Part shown: positions 53,587 to 63,810 of the stretch, piece by piece
Numbering within the stretch: the stretch's first letter is position 1
Layout of the letters: each line of letters begins with the position of its first letter
Source of the DNA: an uncultured Porticoccus sp.
GTDB taxonomy: Bacteria > Pseudomonadota > Gammaproteobacteria > Pseudomonadales > Porticoccaceae
DNA length: 64,000 nt
Reading direction: 5' to 3'
Assembly: GCA_963925605.1 (NCBI GenBank)
Contig: CAWURY010000002.1
Coordinates: 583-64,582 of the forward strand
Made by a program: the position numbers and the translations under genes
Notes under the pieces: model-generated
What the model saw: only the letters and a program-made list of their open reading frames with translations
Told to the model about the DNA's origin: nothing
The model's database searches: none

Positions 53587-54498
53587 CTACTTCTGTTCAT
53601 TTTTTAAAAGAGGAAGATAGCCCTCCCTAAAGGTAGGAAAGAAGAACTTATAGCCGCTTTGTATCAATAACTTATTACTACACCTTCGGTTTGAAAATTC
53701 GGCGCTCCGTCTATTCTTCTTGTCGTCGCTGCCGTCTAAAATGCAAACCCCCATCTGTTTTGCCAGCCAGCGCTGCATCTCATATGCAGAAACTGGTTCA
53801 TCGTCTGTAGCTAAATATAAATTTTCTAAAGGTTTATTTTGCGCATACCGCCCCAATAAATGAACAATAACCCTAGCGCAATCCTCTGAATGGATCCTGT
53901 TGGTCCAAGCAGTGGGTTCTTTAGCGGCGATGTTGCCCTGTTTTATCTGATGAATCAGCCTGTTTCTACCGGGGCCATATATTCCAGAAAACCTCACCAC
54001 TAAAGGCTTAATCCGTCGATCTTCACTGAACAGTGGCTCTGTTGATAAAGAGCTTATAATCTTCTCTGCCTCCAGTAATCGCTTTCCTCGGAACGAGGTT
54101 GGAGCCACCCCAGAAAGCTCGTCGACCCACTCACCATTAGTTTGACCATACACGCCCGAGCTTGAGACCCACACTACCAGGCGAGGAGGGTTTTCTGATT
54201 TAGATAAGGCTAACTTCAAAGCTCTTGCTCCGGCCACATAGCTGTCACAGTATCCCTGATCACTCATATGATCAGGGGTCAAAGTGACTACTACTGCATC
54301 AACACTAGACTTGCCCAGTACAGCCAAAAGGTCTCTTATATTGCAGAGGTCCCCCCTTGTTGCGTCAATATCTGCCGGCAAAGCCAGAGGATTTCGACGC
54401 ATAGCCTGCGCTTGCCAGGCGCGCCCCGGACTACCACTTGGCAGCGCTCGGATTGCTCGAACGCCAATATCTCCACAACCTATAAATAAAACTTTCAA
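53587..54498 (-). CDS. Atypical SDR / NAD-dependent epimerase
   Basis: IGCGDIG, SSSGVYG, RFSGIYGPGR, NRIH.ED. Confidence 0.88.
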   Translation of the reverse strand: MKVLFIGCGDIGVRAIRALPSGSPGRAWQAQAMRRNPLALPADIDATRGDLCNIRDLLAVLGKSSVDAVVVTLTPDHMSDQGYCDSYVAGARALKLALSKSENPPRLVVWVSSSGVYGQTNGEWVDELSGVAPTSFRGKRLLEAEKIISSLSTEPLFSEDRRIKPLVVRFSGIYGPGRNRLIHQIKQGNIAAKEPTAWTNRIHSEDCARVIVHLLGRYAQNKPLENLYLATDDEPVSAYEMQRWLAKQMGVCILDGSDDKKNRRSAEFSNRRCSNKLLIQSGYKFFFPTFREGYLPLLKNEQK

Positions 54499-54552
54499 TT
54501 ATTTTTCCTTTTGTGATTTATTATAGCTATGATTGAAGGCAGAGGGGCAGCT

Positions 54553-55488
54553 ATGACTTTAACCGAATTGCGTTACATCGTCACGCTTGCAAAATCATGC
54601 CATTTTGGCGTCGCGGCCGAACTATGCAACGTCAGTCAACCGACACTCAGTATTGCTGTCAAGAAATTAGAGCAAGAACTTAAAGTTGAACTATTTGAGC
54701 GTTCAAGAAATAGGGTTTTGGTCACGCCTGTGGGTAAAAAAATTATAGCTCAATCGCTTCTTGCGCTTGAAGAAATAGAAAAAATAAAGGACCTAGCAAC
54801 TGCAGGGAAAGATCAGCTTCTTGCTCCTCTGCGCGTGGGGGCTATTTTTACTATTGGCCCCTATCTTTTCCCTCACTTTATTCCCAACCTCCAAAAATCT
54901 GTCCCAGCAATGCCGCTCATTGTGGAAGAAGGCTTTACTTCGGTTTTGAAAGAACGCCTAAGAAGCGGTGCTCTAGATGTTATCCTTGTTGCATTACCCT
55001 TCGATGCCCCTGATGTCGTTGTGCAGGTCCTGTATTCTGAACCGTTTGTACTGTTACTTCCAAAGACACACCCTCTTGCCAAACAGGATTTTATAAAATC
55101 AACCGACCTAAATAATGAAAATGTTTTATTGCTAGGAGAGGGCCATTGTTTTGGAGACCAGGTCCGGCTAGCCCTTCCAGGCCTCAACAAGCAACCAGGG
55201 GGAATTAGCACGGAATCTGAAGGTAGTTCGCTAGAAACGCTTCGCCATATGGTGGCCTCAGGACTTGGGGTTACGGTTTTGCCGTTTTCTGCTGCGAGAG
55301 GATCGGGCTATAGCGATAGCTTTCTGACTACTCGCCCATTCGAAGAGCTTTCTTTGCGCAGATCAACTGCGTTAGCGTGGAGAGCAAGCTTTCCCAGACA
55401 CAAAGCCATTGATGCGCTTCGAGAAGCCATTAGGCACAACCCTTTGCCTGGCTGCAGATCAGGGCCGACCAGCCCTTCATATACATGA
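54553..55488 (+). CDS. oxyR: OxyR-type LysR regulator
   Basis: MTLTELRY..HFG.AA..C.VSQPTLS, GAIFTIGPYLFP, LLGEGHCF.DQV, SSLET.RHMVASG; oxyR-recG synteny. Confidence 0.9.
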   Translation: MTLTELRYIVTLAKSCHFGVAAELCNVSQPTLSIAVKKLEQELKVELFERSRNRVLVTPVGKKIIAQSLLALEEIEKIKDLATAGKDQLLAPLRVGAIFTIGPYLFPHFIPNLQKSVPAMPLIVEEGFTSVLKERLRSGALDVILVALPFDAPDVVVQVLYSEPFVLLLPKTHPLAKQDFIKSTDLNNENVLLLGEGHCFGDQVRLALPGLNKQPGGISTESEGSSLETLRHMVASGLGVTVLPFSAARGSGYSDSFLTTRPFEELSLRRSTALAWRASFPRHKAIDALREAIRHNPLPGCRSGPTSPSYT

Positions 55489-57557
55489 ACCATAAGCCTC
55501 TTAGTCAAATTCCTGTAATAAAACTCAACGGGGTCGGGGCTCAGCTTTCCTTAAAGTTAGCCAAATTGGGGATAGAGACAACACAAGATTTACTTTTCCA
55601 TTTACCTCTGCGTTATATCGACAGAACACGCGTATCAACAATTAGGGGCGTGCAGCCAAACACAGATATTGTGGTCGAAGGAGAAATCCGTGAGTGTGCC
55701 ATCGTATTTGGTCGTCGTCGTAGTCTGCTGTGTCGGCTTCAAGACGATACAGGGGTTATAAGTCTGCGTTTTTTTCACTTTAGCGGCGTCCTACGAAATA
55801 ATCTAAAAGCAGGCTCACGGCTTAGGTGTTACGGTGAAGCAAAAATCGGCAGCTCGGGGCTCGAGGTTTACCATCCAGAATGTCAATTTTTGGATCCAAA
55901 CTACCCTTTGCCCCTCCATCAACACCTGACTGCGATATACCCCACAACCGAGGGTATCTCGCAACAAAGAATACGGGGCATTATCTTGCAAGCCCTGAGC
56001 TTGATGAATGAACATCCGTTAATAGAGCTGCTTCCAGAGGAATTCAAAAAATCATCTCTTGCTGCTATGTTAAAATTTATTCATAAACCACCAAATACCG
56101 CGCCCATCGAACAACTAAATAAAGGAGAGCACCCCTCCCAGCAACGCCTAGCTTTTGAGGAGCTGCTGGCTCATAATTTAAGCCTGCTTAAACTTAGACA
56201 GGAAGTTCAAAACCACAAGGCGCCGCCTCTTTTAAATAAAGATCATCTGAAAGAACGGTTTTTAGCTGCTTTGCCGTTTCAGCTCACAGGTGCACAGAAA
56301 CGAGTAAGTCTTGAGGTTCAAAAAGATTTATCTAAATCATTCCCTATGCTGAGGTTGGTGCAAGGAGATGTTGGCTCAGGAAAAACGGTCATTGCCGCGT
56401 TAGCAGCCATTCAGTGTGTGGCTGCAGGGAAACAGGTTGCACTCATGGCACCAACCGAGGTTTTGGCAGAGCAGCATCGTCAGTCTTTTGAGGCATGGTT
56501 CAATCCACTAGGAATTAAAATCGGATGGATCACAGGAAAAGTAAAAGGGCGGGTCCGAATACAGCAGCTCGACGCAATCAAAGATGGTTCTGCCCAAATA
56601 GTAATTGGGACCCACGCCTTATTTCAAAAAGAGGTTTCTTTTCAAGACCTAGCATTAACCATAATTGATGAACAGCATCGCTTTGGGGTTCATCAGCGAC
56701 TGTCCTTGAAAGAAAAAGGCAGAAATGATAATCAAATTCCCCACCAGCTTACAATGACTGCAACGCCGATTCCCAGAACGTTAGCCATGTGTGCATATGC
56801 TGACCTCGATTGTTCTGTCATCGACCAAGGTCCGCCTGGACGGCTCCCTGTTAATACCGTCGTTATCGCGGACTGTAATCGACAGAAAGTAATTGATCGG
56901 CTACAAAAAGCCTGCGCTGGTGGCCGCCAAGCATACTGGGTATGCACTCTTATTGAAGAATCTGAGCTGCTGGAAGCACAAGCCGCGGAAGCGACTGCAG
57001 CAGAGCTGCATCTTTTGCTTCCACAGCTAAAGATTGGCTTGGCGCACGGCAAACAAAAAATAGGCGAAAAATCTGCTACTATTGCTCAGTTTAAGGCGGG
57101 AAAAATTCAACTTTTGGTGGCCACCACTGTAATTGAGGTAGGCGTTGATGTCCCAAACGCAAGCTTGATGGTGATTGAAAATCCTGAGCGTCTTGGCCTA
57201 GCGCAGCTCCATCAGCTTCGAGGAAGAGTGGGGCGAGGGAAAGAAAAAAGTCACTGCGTGTTGTTGTATAGCCCGCCCTTATCACAACAAGGGGCCGAGC
57301 GACTTAAAATTATGCGCCAGACGAACGATGGATTTAAAATAGCTGAAATAGACTTAAAAATTCGTGGGGCCGGAGAAGTTCTTGGAACCAAACAAACAGG
57401 CGAAATGGCGTTTAGAATTGCAAACTTACAAAGAGACGGCCATTTGTTACCAGAAATAAAAATATCAGCAGGGTTGTTGTTGGGTCAACATCCATTAAAC
57501 GCTCAAGCAATTATCCGAAGATGGCTTCGAGACGGCGAGCGTTACAGCCAAGTATAG
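55485..57557 (+). CDS. recG: ATP-dependent DNA helicase RecG
   Basis: QGDVGSGKT, DEQHRFG, TATPIPR, QLRGRVGRG, DGF.IAE.DL..RG.GE. Confidence 0.97.
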   Translation: MNHKPLSQIPVIKLNGVGAQLSLKLAKLGIETTQDLLFHLPLRYIDRTRVSTIRGVQPNTDIVVEGEIRECAIVFGRRRSLLCRLQDDTGVISLRFFHFSGVLRNNLKAGSRLRCYGEAKIGSSGLEVYHPECQFLDPNYPLPLHQHLTAIYPTTEGISQQRIRGIILQALSLMNEHPLIELLPEEFKKSSLAAMLKFIHKPPNTAPIEQLNKGEHPSQQRLAFEELLAHNLSLLKLRQEVQNHKAPPLLNKDHLKERFLAALPFQLTGAQKRVSLEVQKDLSKSFPMLRLVQGDVGSGKTVIAALAAIQCVAAGKQVALMAPTEVLAEQHRQSFEAWFNPLGIKIGWITGKVKGRVRIQQLDAIKDGSAQIVIGTHALFQKEVSFQDLALTIIDEQHRFGVHQRLSLKEKGRNDNQIPHQLTMTATPIPRTLAMCAYADLDCSVIDQGPPGRLPVNTVVIADCNRQKVIDRLQKACAGGRQAYWVCTLIEESELLEAQAAEATAAELHLLLPQLKIGLAHGKQKIGEKSATIAQFKAGKIQLLVATTVIEVGVDVPNASLMVIENPERLGLAQLHQLRGRVGRGKEKSHCVLLYSPPLSQQGAERLKIMRQTNDGFKIAEIDLKIRGAGEVLGTKQTGEMAFRIANLQRDGHLLPEIKISAGLLLGQHPLNAQAIIRRWLRDGERYSQV

Positions 57558-57621
57558 AATACAATATTAATGTCCTTGCAGGCTAGAACACACCACTATC
57601 AAACGACTCACAGGCAGAAAT

Positions 57622-58191
57622 TTGTTCGCTTTTCATAACCCCAATCAAATATTTCTTTCCGAGCCCAACTGGAAAAGCTATGTCCGTGCGCCCTATACCG
57701 CAGCGCCAAAGGGGTTGCGTAGCTGGCTTCTTGACAGGGGATCTCTGACGCAGCGTCTCATAAAGCTAAGTCGGGGAGAATTTAAGGTTGAAGTGCTAAC
57801 ACAACAAATGGCCTTTCCAGTGTTGTCAGAAACTCGGGTGCTTGGAATGCCTTTGCGGCAGAAAGCCTTGATCCGACAAGTAATTCTGTATGGCTGCAAT
57901 ATACCATTAGTGTACGCACGCAGTGTTATTCCTGTCAAAACTCTTACCGGTCGCTTAAAAATTTTACGGAAACTAAATAACAGGCCTTTAGGGGCTTTTT
58001 TGTTCAGAGATATTGCCATGCAGAGAGGTAATATTGAAATAGGCTGCCTGCATCAAGAGCTTGCCAATAATTATGGCGCGGCTGTTTGGGGTCGTCGCTC
58101 ATTATTTTATCTAGACAAAAAACCGCTTCTTGTGAGCGAACTATTTATACCAGGGTTTGACAAAAAATTGCTTTCAAGTGGTTTTCATTGA
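57622..58191 (+). CDS. ubiC: Chorismate lyase
   Basis: WLLDRGSLT.RL, RQV.L.G...LVYARSV, PLG..LF, WGRRS.F, LLVSELF. Confidence 0.92.
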   Translation: MFAFHNPNQIFLSEPNWKSYVRAPYTAAPKGLRSWLLDRGSLTQRLIKLSRGEFKVEVLTQQMAFPVLSETRVLGMPLRQKALIRQVILYGCNIPLVYARSVIPVKTLTGRLKILRKLNNRPLGAFLFRDIAMQRGNIEIGCLHQELANNYGAAVWGRRSLFYLDKKPLLVSELFIPGFDKKLLSSGFH

Positions 58192-58241
58192 AAATATTTT
58201 TAGTCCATTTAATTTAAAATTAATTACGCGCTAACAACTAT

Positions 58242-59123
58242 ATGTATATCTTTAAGAAAAAGAATCTAAAACAACAGCTGCTGGTCTTCTTGAGGCTCAT
58301 GCGTTTTAACCGACCAGCAGGAACTGTATTGTTGCTTTGGCCAACCTTGTGGGCTCTATGGCTGTCTAGCGGAGGGCCACCAACTCTGAAAAATTTTATA
58401 ATTTTTACTTTTGGTGTAGTGTTGATGCGAGCCGCAGGTTGCGTTATTAACGACGTTGCTGACCGAAAAATTGATGGCCATATAGAGAGAACGCGTGATC
58501 GACCAATCCCTTGTGGCTTCGTCAGCATCAAAGCAGCCCTCGTGGTTTTTTTTATGCTTTGTGCTGGCGCCCTTGCCTTGGTCATGCTTACTAACAACTT
58601 GACGCTTAAGCTTTCCTGCATTGGCATTATCTTAGCTACTAGCTACCCTTTCATGAAAAGGTACACTCATCTACCACAAGTATTTTTGGGCACAGCTTTT
58701 GCGTGGAGTGTTCCTATGGTTTTTGCTGCCGTAACAAACCGAATCGATAATGTATTGTGGTGGCTGTATAGCGCCGTCGTCATATGGACTATTGCATATG
58801 ATACTTTTTATGCCATGGTTGATAGGGCTGATGATTTAAAAATTGGTGTTAAATCCACGGCTATCTTATTTGGCAAAATGGACCGAGCTATTACCGCATG
58901 CTTGCAGGGAACAGTTTTGGGTCTGCTAACCATAACTGGTGTTTTGTTTGAGCGAGGGGAGTGGTTTTATTGCTCGCTGATAGCTGCCGCAGCTCTATTT
59001 ATCTACCAACAATATATAATACGCAATAGTGAAAAAAATGAATGTTTTAAAGCTTTTTTAAACAACAACTACGTGGGGGCGGTGATTTTTATTGGCCTAG
59101 CACTAGATTACCAAGCAATCTAA
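58242..59123 (+). CDS. ubiA: 4-hydroxybenzoate octaprenyltransferase
   Basis: LLLWP.LW, RAAGCVIND.ADR..D..ERT..RP, YDT.YAM.DR.DD...GVKSTA. Confidence 0.96.
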   Translation: MYIFKKKNLKQQLLVFLRLMRFNRPAGTVLLLWPTLWALWLSSGGPPTLKNFIIFTFGVVLMRAAGCVINDVADRKIDGHIERTRDRPIPCGFVSIKAALVVFFMLCAGALALVMLTNNLTLKLSCIGIILATSYPFMKRYTHLPQVFLGTAFAWSVPMVFAAVTNRIDNVLWWLYSAVVIWTIAYDTFYAMVDRADDLKIGVKSTAILFGKMDRAITACLQGTVLGLLTITGVLFERGEWFYCSLIAAAALFIYQQYIIRNSEKNECFKAFLNNNYVGAVIFIGLALDYQAI

Positions 59124-59141
59124 CAAAAAAAAACAGCAAAG

Positions 59142-59169
59142 TTGTCATATTTTTTTACATAAATGTCAT
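59142..59169 (+). promoter_or_regulatory. Possible Pho box upstream of phoB
   Basis: TGTCAT (59143), TTACAT (59155) and TGTCAT (59164) half-sites; spacing is imperfect relative to the canonical 11 bp. Confidence 0.45.
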
Positions 59170-59205
59170 GTAATAATGGCTTCAAATTTTTTATTGGTAT
59201 TCGCT

Positions 59206-59904
59206 ATGAAAAAACAAACTATTTTAATAGTTGATGATGAGGCGCCTATACGCGAAATGATAGCCTCGGCTCTGGAGCTTTCTGGCTACAAAACTTTACA
59301 GGCTGAAAATGCCACAAAAGCTCACAGCCTGATCATAGACGAAAAGCCAAATTTAATGTTGCTGGACTGGATGATGCCAGGCACTAGCGGTGTAGAGTTA
59401 ATGCGGCGCTTAAAGCGTGATGAGCTAACGAGCTCTCTTCCTGTTATTATGTTGACGGCTAAAGCTACAGAAGACAACATGGTCCAAGGTCTAGAATCAG
59501 GAGCCGATGACTACGTCTCGAAACCGTTTTCTCCCAAAAATTTGATCGCTCGCATCAAAGCAGTGTTAAGGCGCTCGGAGACCGAAGCGCTGCAAGCGCC
59601 TTTCAAGGTAAATCAATTAATATTTGATTCTGTCAGTCATTGTGTCAGCATCTCCGGTACGCCTGTTAGGCTTGGGCCTACTGAGTTTAGGCTATTAAAA
59701 TTTTTTTTATCGCACCCAGAAAGAGTATATTCGCGCAACCAAATCTTAGACTATGTTTGGGGCGGAAATGTATACATGGATGAGCGTACAATTGACGTGC
59801 ATATTCGGCGTCTACGCAAAGCGTTATTGCTTGAAGGTCATGATCGCTTAATACAAACTGTTAGGGGAGCAGGCTATCGACTCTCTGCTAAAATTTCTGA
59901 CTAA
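59206..59904 (+). CDS. phoB: Phosphate regulon response regulator
   Basis: VDDEAPIREM, LLDWMMPG.SG, GPTEFRLL.F...HPERVYSR, WGGNVY..ERT.DVHIRRLR. Confidence 0.95.
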   Translation: MKKQTILIVDDEAPIREMIASALELSGYKTLQAENATKAHSLIIDEKPNLMLLDWMMPGTSGVELMRRLKRDELTSSLPVIMLTAKATEDNMVQGLESGADDYVSKPFSPKNLIARIKAVLRRSETEALQAPFKVNQLIFDSVSHCVSISGTPVRLGPTEFRLLKFFLSHPERVYSRNQILDYVWGGNVYMDERTIDVHIRRLRKALLLEGHDRLIQTVRGAGYRLSAKISD

Positions 59905-59918
59905 ATAGGATTTAAATT

Positions 59919-61226
59919 TTGCATAGAGGTCTAGAATCAGAATCACAGCTGATCCTCCTGTTGTTATTCTTGTCGACAATTGTCGGTTTAACAAACGATC
60001 ATCTAGTGCTTACTTGGCTAATAGCGGTCCTTCTATATTTGACATGGGCTTCTTTAGGCATCCTCAAGCTATATCGGTGGCTAGAAAGCGGTTGTGTGGG
60101 CCACCCCCCTGACATTTCTGGCATTCCGGCAGATATGGCAGATCATCTGCATCGTATGCAACGGCGCAACGAACGATCTAAGCGGAGTCGCAAAGACCTA
60201 TCGGGCCGTGTAGGTCAAGTTACTGCTGCTCTACCAGATGCGATGCTTACTCTTTCTGCTGAGAGAATATTAGAATGGTGGAACCCTTCGGCAGTAAAAA
60301 TATTAGGCCTAAAAGAAAGCGACAGAGGACAGTCCATAGTTAATATAGTTCGTGATCCAAGATTTGTCGCTTTTATTGAAGACCCCATACTATCAACACA
60401 GCTAGAGCTAGCCGCATCAGACAGGCCCAATCGAACTGTTCTCTTTAGTGCAGCTACATTTGGTCAAGGTGAAATCCTTTTGATAGCTAGGGATATCTCT
60501 CGATTAAAGCATTTAGAGCAAGTGCGCCAAGACTTCTTAGGGGACATTTCTCATGAGTTGCGTACGCCATTGACTGTGTTGTCCGGCTATATCGAAACAC
60601 TGCTAGATGCTCAAGAGGGTCTACCTCAAGCTTGGAAGAAAGCACTGGAGCAAATGCAAGCACAAACCAACCGGATGACCTGTTTGGCTAACGATTTAGT
60701 TATGCTGTCTCAACTAGAGTCTACAGCGGTGCCGGCACCACAAACTCTAATAGCCACAGAACAACTACTACAAGACATTGTTGAAGACGCTCTTGTTATC
60801 AATGATAGTATTTCTGCAAGCCAACCGGATAAAGTAATCCTGGAGTATATTGATGCGGTCTGCCTGTCGGGGGACCACAAGGAATTATATAGTGCCTTTT
60901 CTAATTTAGTTTTGAATGCCATCAGACATAATCCAGCTGAAACAAAGGTTAAAGTTAAAGCCTATATCGAAAACGACTTTAAAGTTATTGAGGTGTCTGA
61001 TAATGGTGCCGGCATAGACTCCAGGCACATTTCTCGCCTTACAGAGAGATTTTATCGTATTGACGCAAGTCGTTCCTCTACCACAGGCGGAACCGGGCTG
61101 GGCCTTGCAATCGTTAAGCATGTTTTAATTCGCCACTCTGGCTTGCTAGAGATAAAGAGCGCACCAGGAAAAGGCAGCATATTTAGGTGCAAATTTCCTA
61201 TGGGGCCAGCCAAACTCGACACCTAA
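59919..61226 (+). CDS. phoR: Phosphate regulon sensor kinase
   Basis: TM region + PAS (WWN.SA), SHELRTPLTV..GY.E, RLTERFYR.D.SR, GTGLGLAIVKH. Confidence 0.94.
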   Translation: MHRGLESESQLILLLLFLSTIVGLTNDHLVLTWLIAVLLYLTWASLGILKLYRWLESGCVGHPPDISGIPADMADHLHRMQRRNERSKRSRKDLSGRVGQVTAALPDAMLTLSAERILEWWNPSAVKILGLKESDRGQSIVNIVRDPRFVAFIEDPILSTQLELAASDRPNRTVLFSAATFGQGEILLIARDISRLKHLEQVRQDFLGDISHELRTPLTVLSGYIETLLDAQEGLPQAWKKALEQMQAQTNRMTCLANDLVMLSQLESTAVPAPQTLIATEQLLQDIVEDALVINDSISASQPDKVILEYIDAVCLSGDHKELYSAFSNLVLNAIRHNPAETKVKVKAYIENDFKVIEVSDNGAGIDSRHISRLTERFYRIDASRSSTTGGTGLGLAIVKHVLIRHSGLLEIKSAPGKGSIFRCKFPMGPAKLDT

Positions 61227-61237
61227 AAGGCTAAAGC

Positions 61238-62386
61238 TTGAAAGCTCGAATATTGGAATCCATTAACCAGTGTCCTCCGTCGCTATGGAACTCTCTTTTT
61301 GAATCAGAATATCCTTTTCTTAAGCATAGCTTTCTTTCTTTGCTGGAGTCCTCTGGTAGTGTGTGCGCAGAAACCGGCTGGATTCCTAAGCATTTATTAT
61401 TAGAATCTAATGACAAAATAATAGCTGCTATGCCCCTGTATTTAAAGTATCACTCGTGGGGAGAGTACGTGTTTGATCATTCTTGGGCTGCGGCCTATGC
61501 CCAACATGGGGTCCCGTACTACCCTAAGCTTGTCTCTGCAATACCTTTTACGCCTTCAACTGGGCCGCGTATCGGTATGCTGCCCAATGTTGATAGCCGG
61601 CTAGTGACCAAAAAAATACTAAGCTCCATCAAGCTGTTTGCAGAAGAGTGGGGGGCTTCGGGATGGCACCTATTGTTTCCACAGCATGAATTAGCCCAAG
61701 CGCTGATTCCAGAATTAGCAATGCAGCGTACTGGGGTGCAATATCACTGGAACAATGAAAATTATGCTAATTTCGACGCCTTTGTGCGTACTTTTACCTC
61801 AAGAAAAAGAAAAAATCTCCTCAAGGAGCGCCGCCTAGCAAATGAAAAACTACAGATTACTCGCTTGGTGGGTGCGGAAATCACTCCTGTTTGGTGGGAA
61901 TTTATGCACGCCATGTATCAACAAACATACTCAAAACGCAACGGGACAAACGGATATTTAACAAGAAATTTTTTTCAAAACCTGGGCAATACCATAGGGG
62001 CTCAAGCGATGCTGTGTATAGCAGAAGAAAGGGATAAAAAAGCCGGCGGGAAGATTGCTGCCGCACTATTTTTTTTCGACAACAACACTCTTTATGGTCG
62101 CTACTGGGGGTGTCAGAAAGAATATGAGTTTCTGCATTTTGAGCTCTGTTACTACCAGGGCATAGAGTTTGCTATTGAAAAGAATTTGTTTTATTTTGAT
62201 GCAGGAGCCCAAGGAGAGCACAAAATCTCTAGAGGATTTAAGCCAGTAGAGGTTCATTCATCACACTGGATTAGGCATCCTGGCTTTGCAGAAGCAATAC
62301 AGGCGGTTTTAGATCAGGAGAACAGGCACACTAAAGACTATATAGTGTGCGCTTCTGACAACCTGCCATATAAAACTGTCCTGTAA
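61238..62386 (+). CDS. FemAB-like/GNAT family protein (DUF482)
   Basis: PLYLK.HSWGEYVFD.SWA, YYPKL..AIPFTP.TG, LYGRYWG, LHFELCYYQG, GAQGEHK..RGF. Confidence 0.9.
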   Translation: MKARILESINQCPPSLWNSLFESEYPFLKHSFLSLLESSGSVCAETGWIPKHLLLESNDKIIAAMPLYLKYHSWGEYVFDHSWAAAYAQHGVPYYPKLVSAIPFTPSTGPRIGMLPNVDSRLVTKKILSSIKLFAEEWGASGWHLLFPQHELAQALIPELAMQRTGVQYHWNNENYANFDAFVRTFTSRKRKNLLKERRLANEKLQITRLVGAEITPVWWEFMHAMYQQTYSKRNGTNGYLTRNFFQNLGNTIGAQAMLCIAEERDKKAGGKIAAALFFFDNNTLYGRYWGCQKEYEFLHFELCYYQGIEFAIEKNLFYFDAGAQGEHKISRGFKPVEVHSSHWIRHPGFAEAIQAVLDQENRHTKDYIVCASDNLPYKTVL

Positions 62387-62391
62387 GCGGG

Positions 62392-62997
62392 TTAAGTGTT
62401 TGTTCTTTGCCAAACCAATAGTCGATTATTTGCAGGCATCGGCTGATCTTCCTGCAAGACTAGCCCGGCAGCAGACGCCAGCCCGCTAATGGCCTCAAAG
62501 TCTCGTATGCCTTGATGAGGGCTATACTCCTTTAGTCGATAATCAAAGTCTGCGTTACTTGCACTAGTAAATTTTCCTCCGTACTTAAACGGGCCATATA
62601 TAACCACGGTGGCCTCCGGGGCAAGAAACAAAGGTAATCCTGCAAATAAACTGACTACAGCCGGCCACGGCATAATATGACAAGTGTTGGCTGTAAACAG
62701 CCCGTCTACCAAGCTGTATGAATAGCATGGAGAGCTTGCATCAAAGACTAGCGGGCGGCGAATGTTGCTTGATGGGCAGTCATCAATCCAGGCATTAATA
62801 ATTGCATGATTTGCTGTTAGGTCTGACGTCTGCCAAACAAGATGAGGGAGGCGGGGGGCAAAAAAAGCTGCATGCTGCCCAGTGCCGCTACCAACCTCCA
62901 AGACATGGTTGGTTTTAGCAAAAAAACGCAGCAATAAGTCTAAGATTGGCTGGCGATTGTTTTCACAAGCCTGAGAAAATATCTTTGGTGTCGACAC
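62392..62997 (-). CDS. DUF938 SAM-dependent methyltransferase
   Basis: SQACENN..PIL, LEVGSGTGQHA, YGPF...G.FTS.SN..FD, MPANN. Confidence 0.9.
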   Translation of the reverse strand: MSTPKIFSQACENNRQPILDLLLRFFAKTNHVLEVGSGTGQHAAFFAPRLPHLVWQTSDLTANHAIINAWIDDCPSSNIRRPLVFDASSPCYSYSLVDGLFTANTCHIMPWPAVVSLFAGLPLFLAPEATVVIYGPFKYGGKFTSASNADFDYRLKEYSPHQGIRDFEAISGLASAAGLVLQEDQPMPANNRLLVWQRTNT

Positions 62998-63004
62998 TCG
63001 GCGG

Positions 63005-63784
63005 CTATTCCATCAGCTTTCTTGTGAACACCCATTCGTTTGGTGTCGATGTAACCGGATCAAAGCGGTATCCGCCTGAGACAAAAGATTTTATCTTCTC
63101 AGGATCATGAATTTGATTTTCAATAATGAATCGGCTCATCATTCCCCTGGCTTTTTTGGCAAAAAAACTAATAATTTTATAGCTGTCGTTTTTCCAGTCC
63201 TTAAACACGGGGCTGACTATATTGGCTTTAAGCGATTGTGTTCTTATCGCCCTAAAATATTCACTAGAGGCCAAATTAATAATCAATTGAGATTTTTCAG
63301 CATCAAGAATTTGATTCAGTCCCTCTGTAATTTTATTGCCCCAAAACTCATACAAATTGCTACCACGGCTCGTGGGAAGCTTTGTGCCCATCTCTAGCCG
63401 ATAGGGCTGAATTAAATCCAACGGACGCAGCAACCCATAAAGGCCTGACAATATTCTTAAATGATTCTGCGCCCACTGCAACTCTAGGCCCGATAGGCTT
63501 GCGGCGTCCAGCCCAGCATAGACCTCTCCTTTAAAGGCCAAAATAGATTGCCTAGCATTATTTGTGTTAAATTCTGGCTGCCAGTCTAGATACCGGCCAA
63601 AATTAAGACCCCCTAGTTTATCGCTAATATTCATTAGGCTAGACACCTCCGCGGGGGACAGGCGCCTAAGCTGCTGAATTAACTCGATAGAATCATCGAG
63701 ATAGCCCGGCAGGCTATAGCTGTCGGTGGATACTGGCGTACTATAATCTAATGTTTTTGCAGGAGAAATAATCACTAACATCAA
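63005..63784 (-). CDS. yaaA: Peroxide stress protein YaaA
   Basis: ISPAKTLD, LSGLYGLLRPLD..QPYRLEMG, NLAS.EY, SFFAKKARG. Confidence 0.94.
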   Translation of the reverse strand: MMLVIISPAKTLDYSTPVSTDSYSLPGYLDDSIELIQQLRRLSPAEVSSLMNISDKLGGLNFGRYLDWQPEFNTNNARQSILAFKGEVYAGLDAASLSGLELQWAQNHLRILSGLYGLLRPLDLIQPYRLEMGTKLPTSRGSNLYEFWGNKITEGLNQILDAEKSQLIINLASSEYFRAIRTQSLKANIVSPVFKDWKNDSYKIISFFAKKARGMMSRFIIENQIHDPEKIKSFVSGGYRFDPVTSTPNEWVFTRKLME

Positions 63785-63810
63785 AACACCTCAATACTGG
63801 TTCTATGAGA

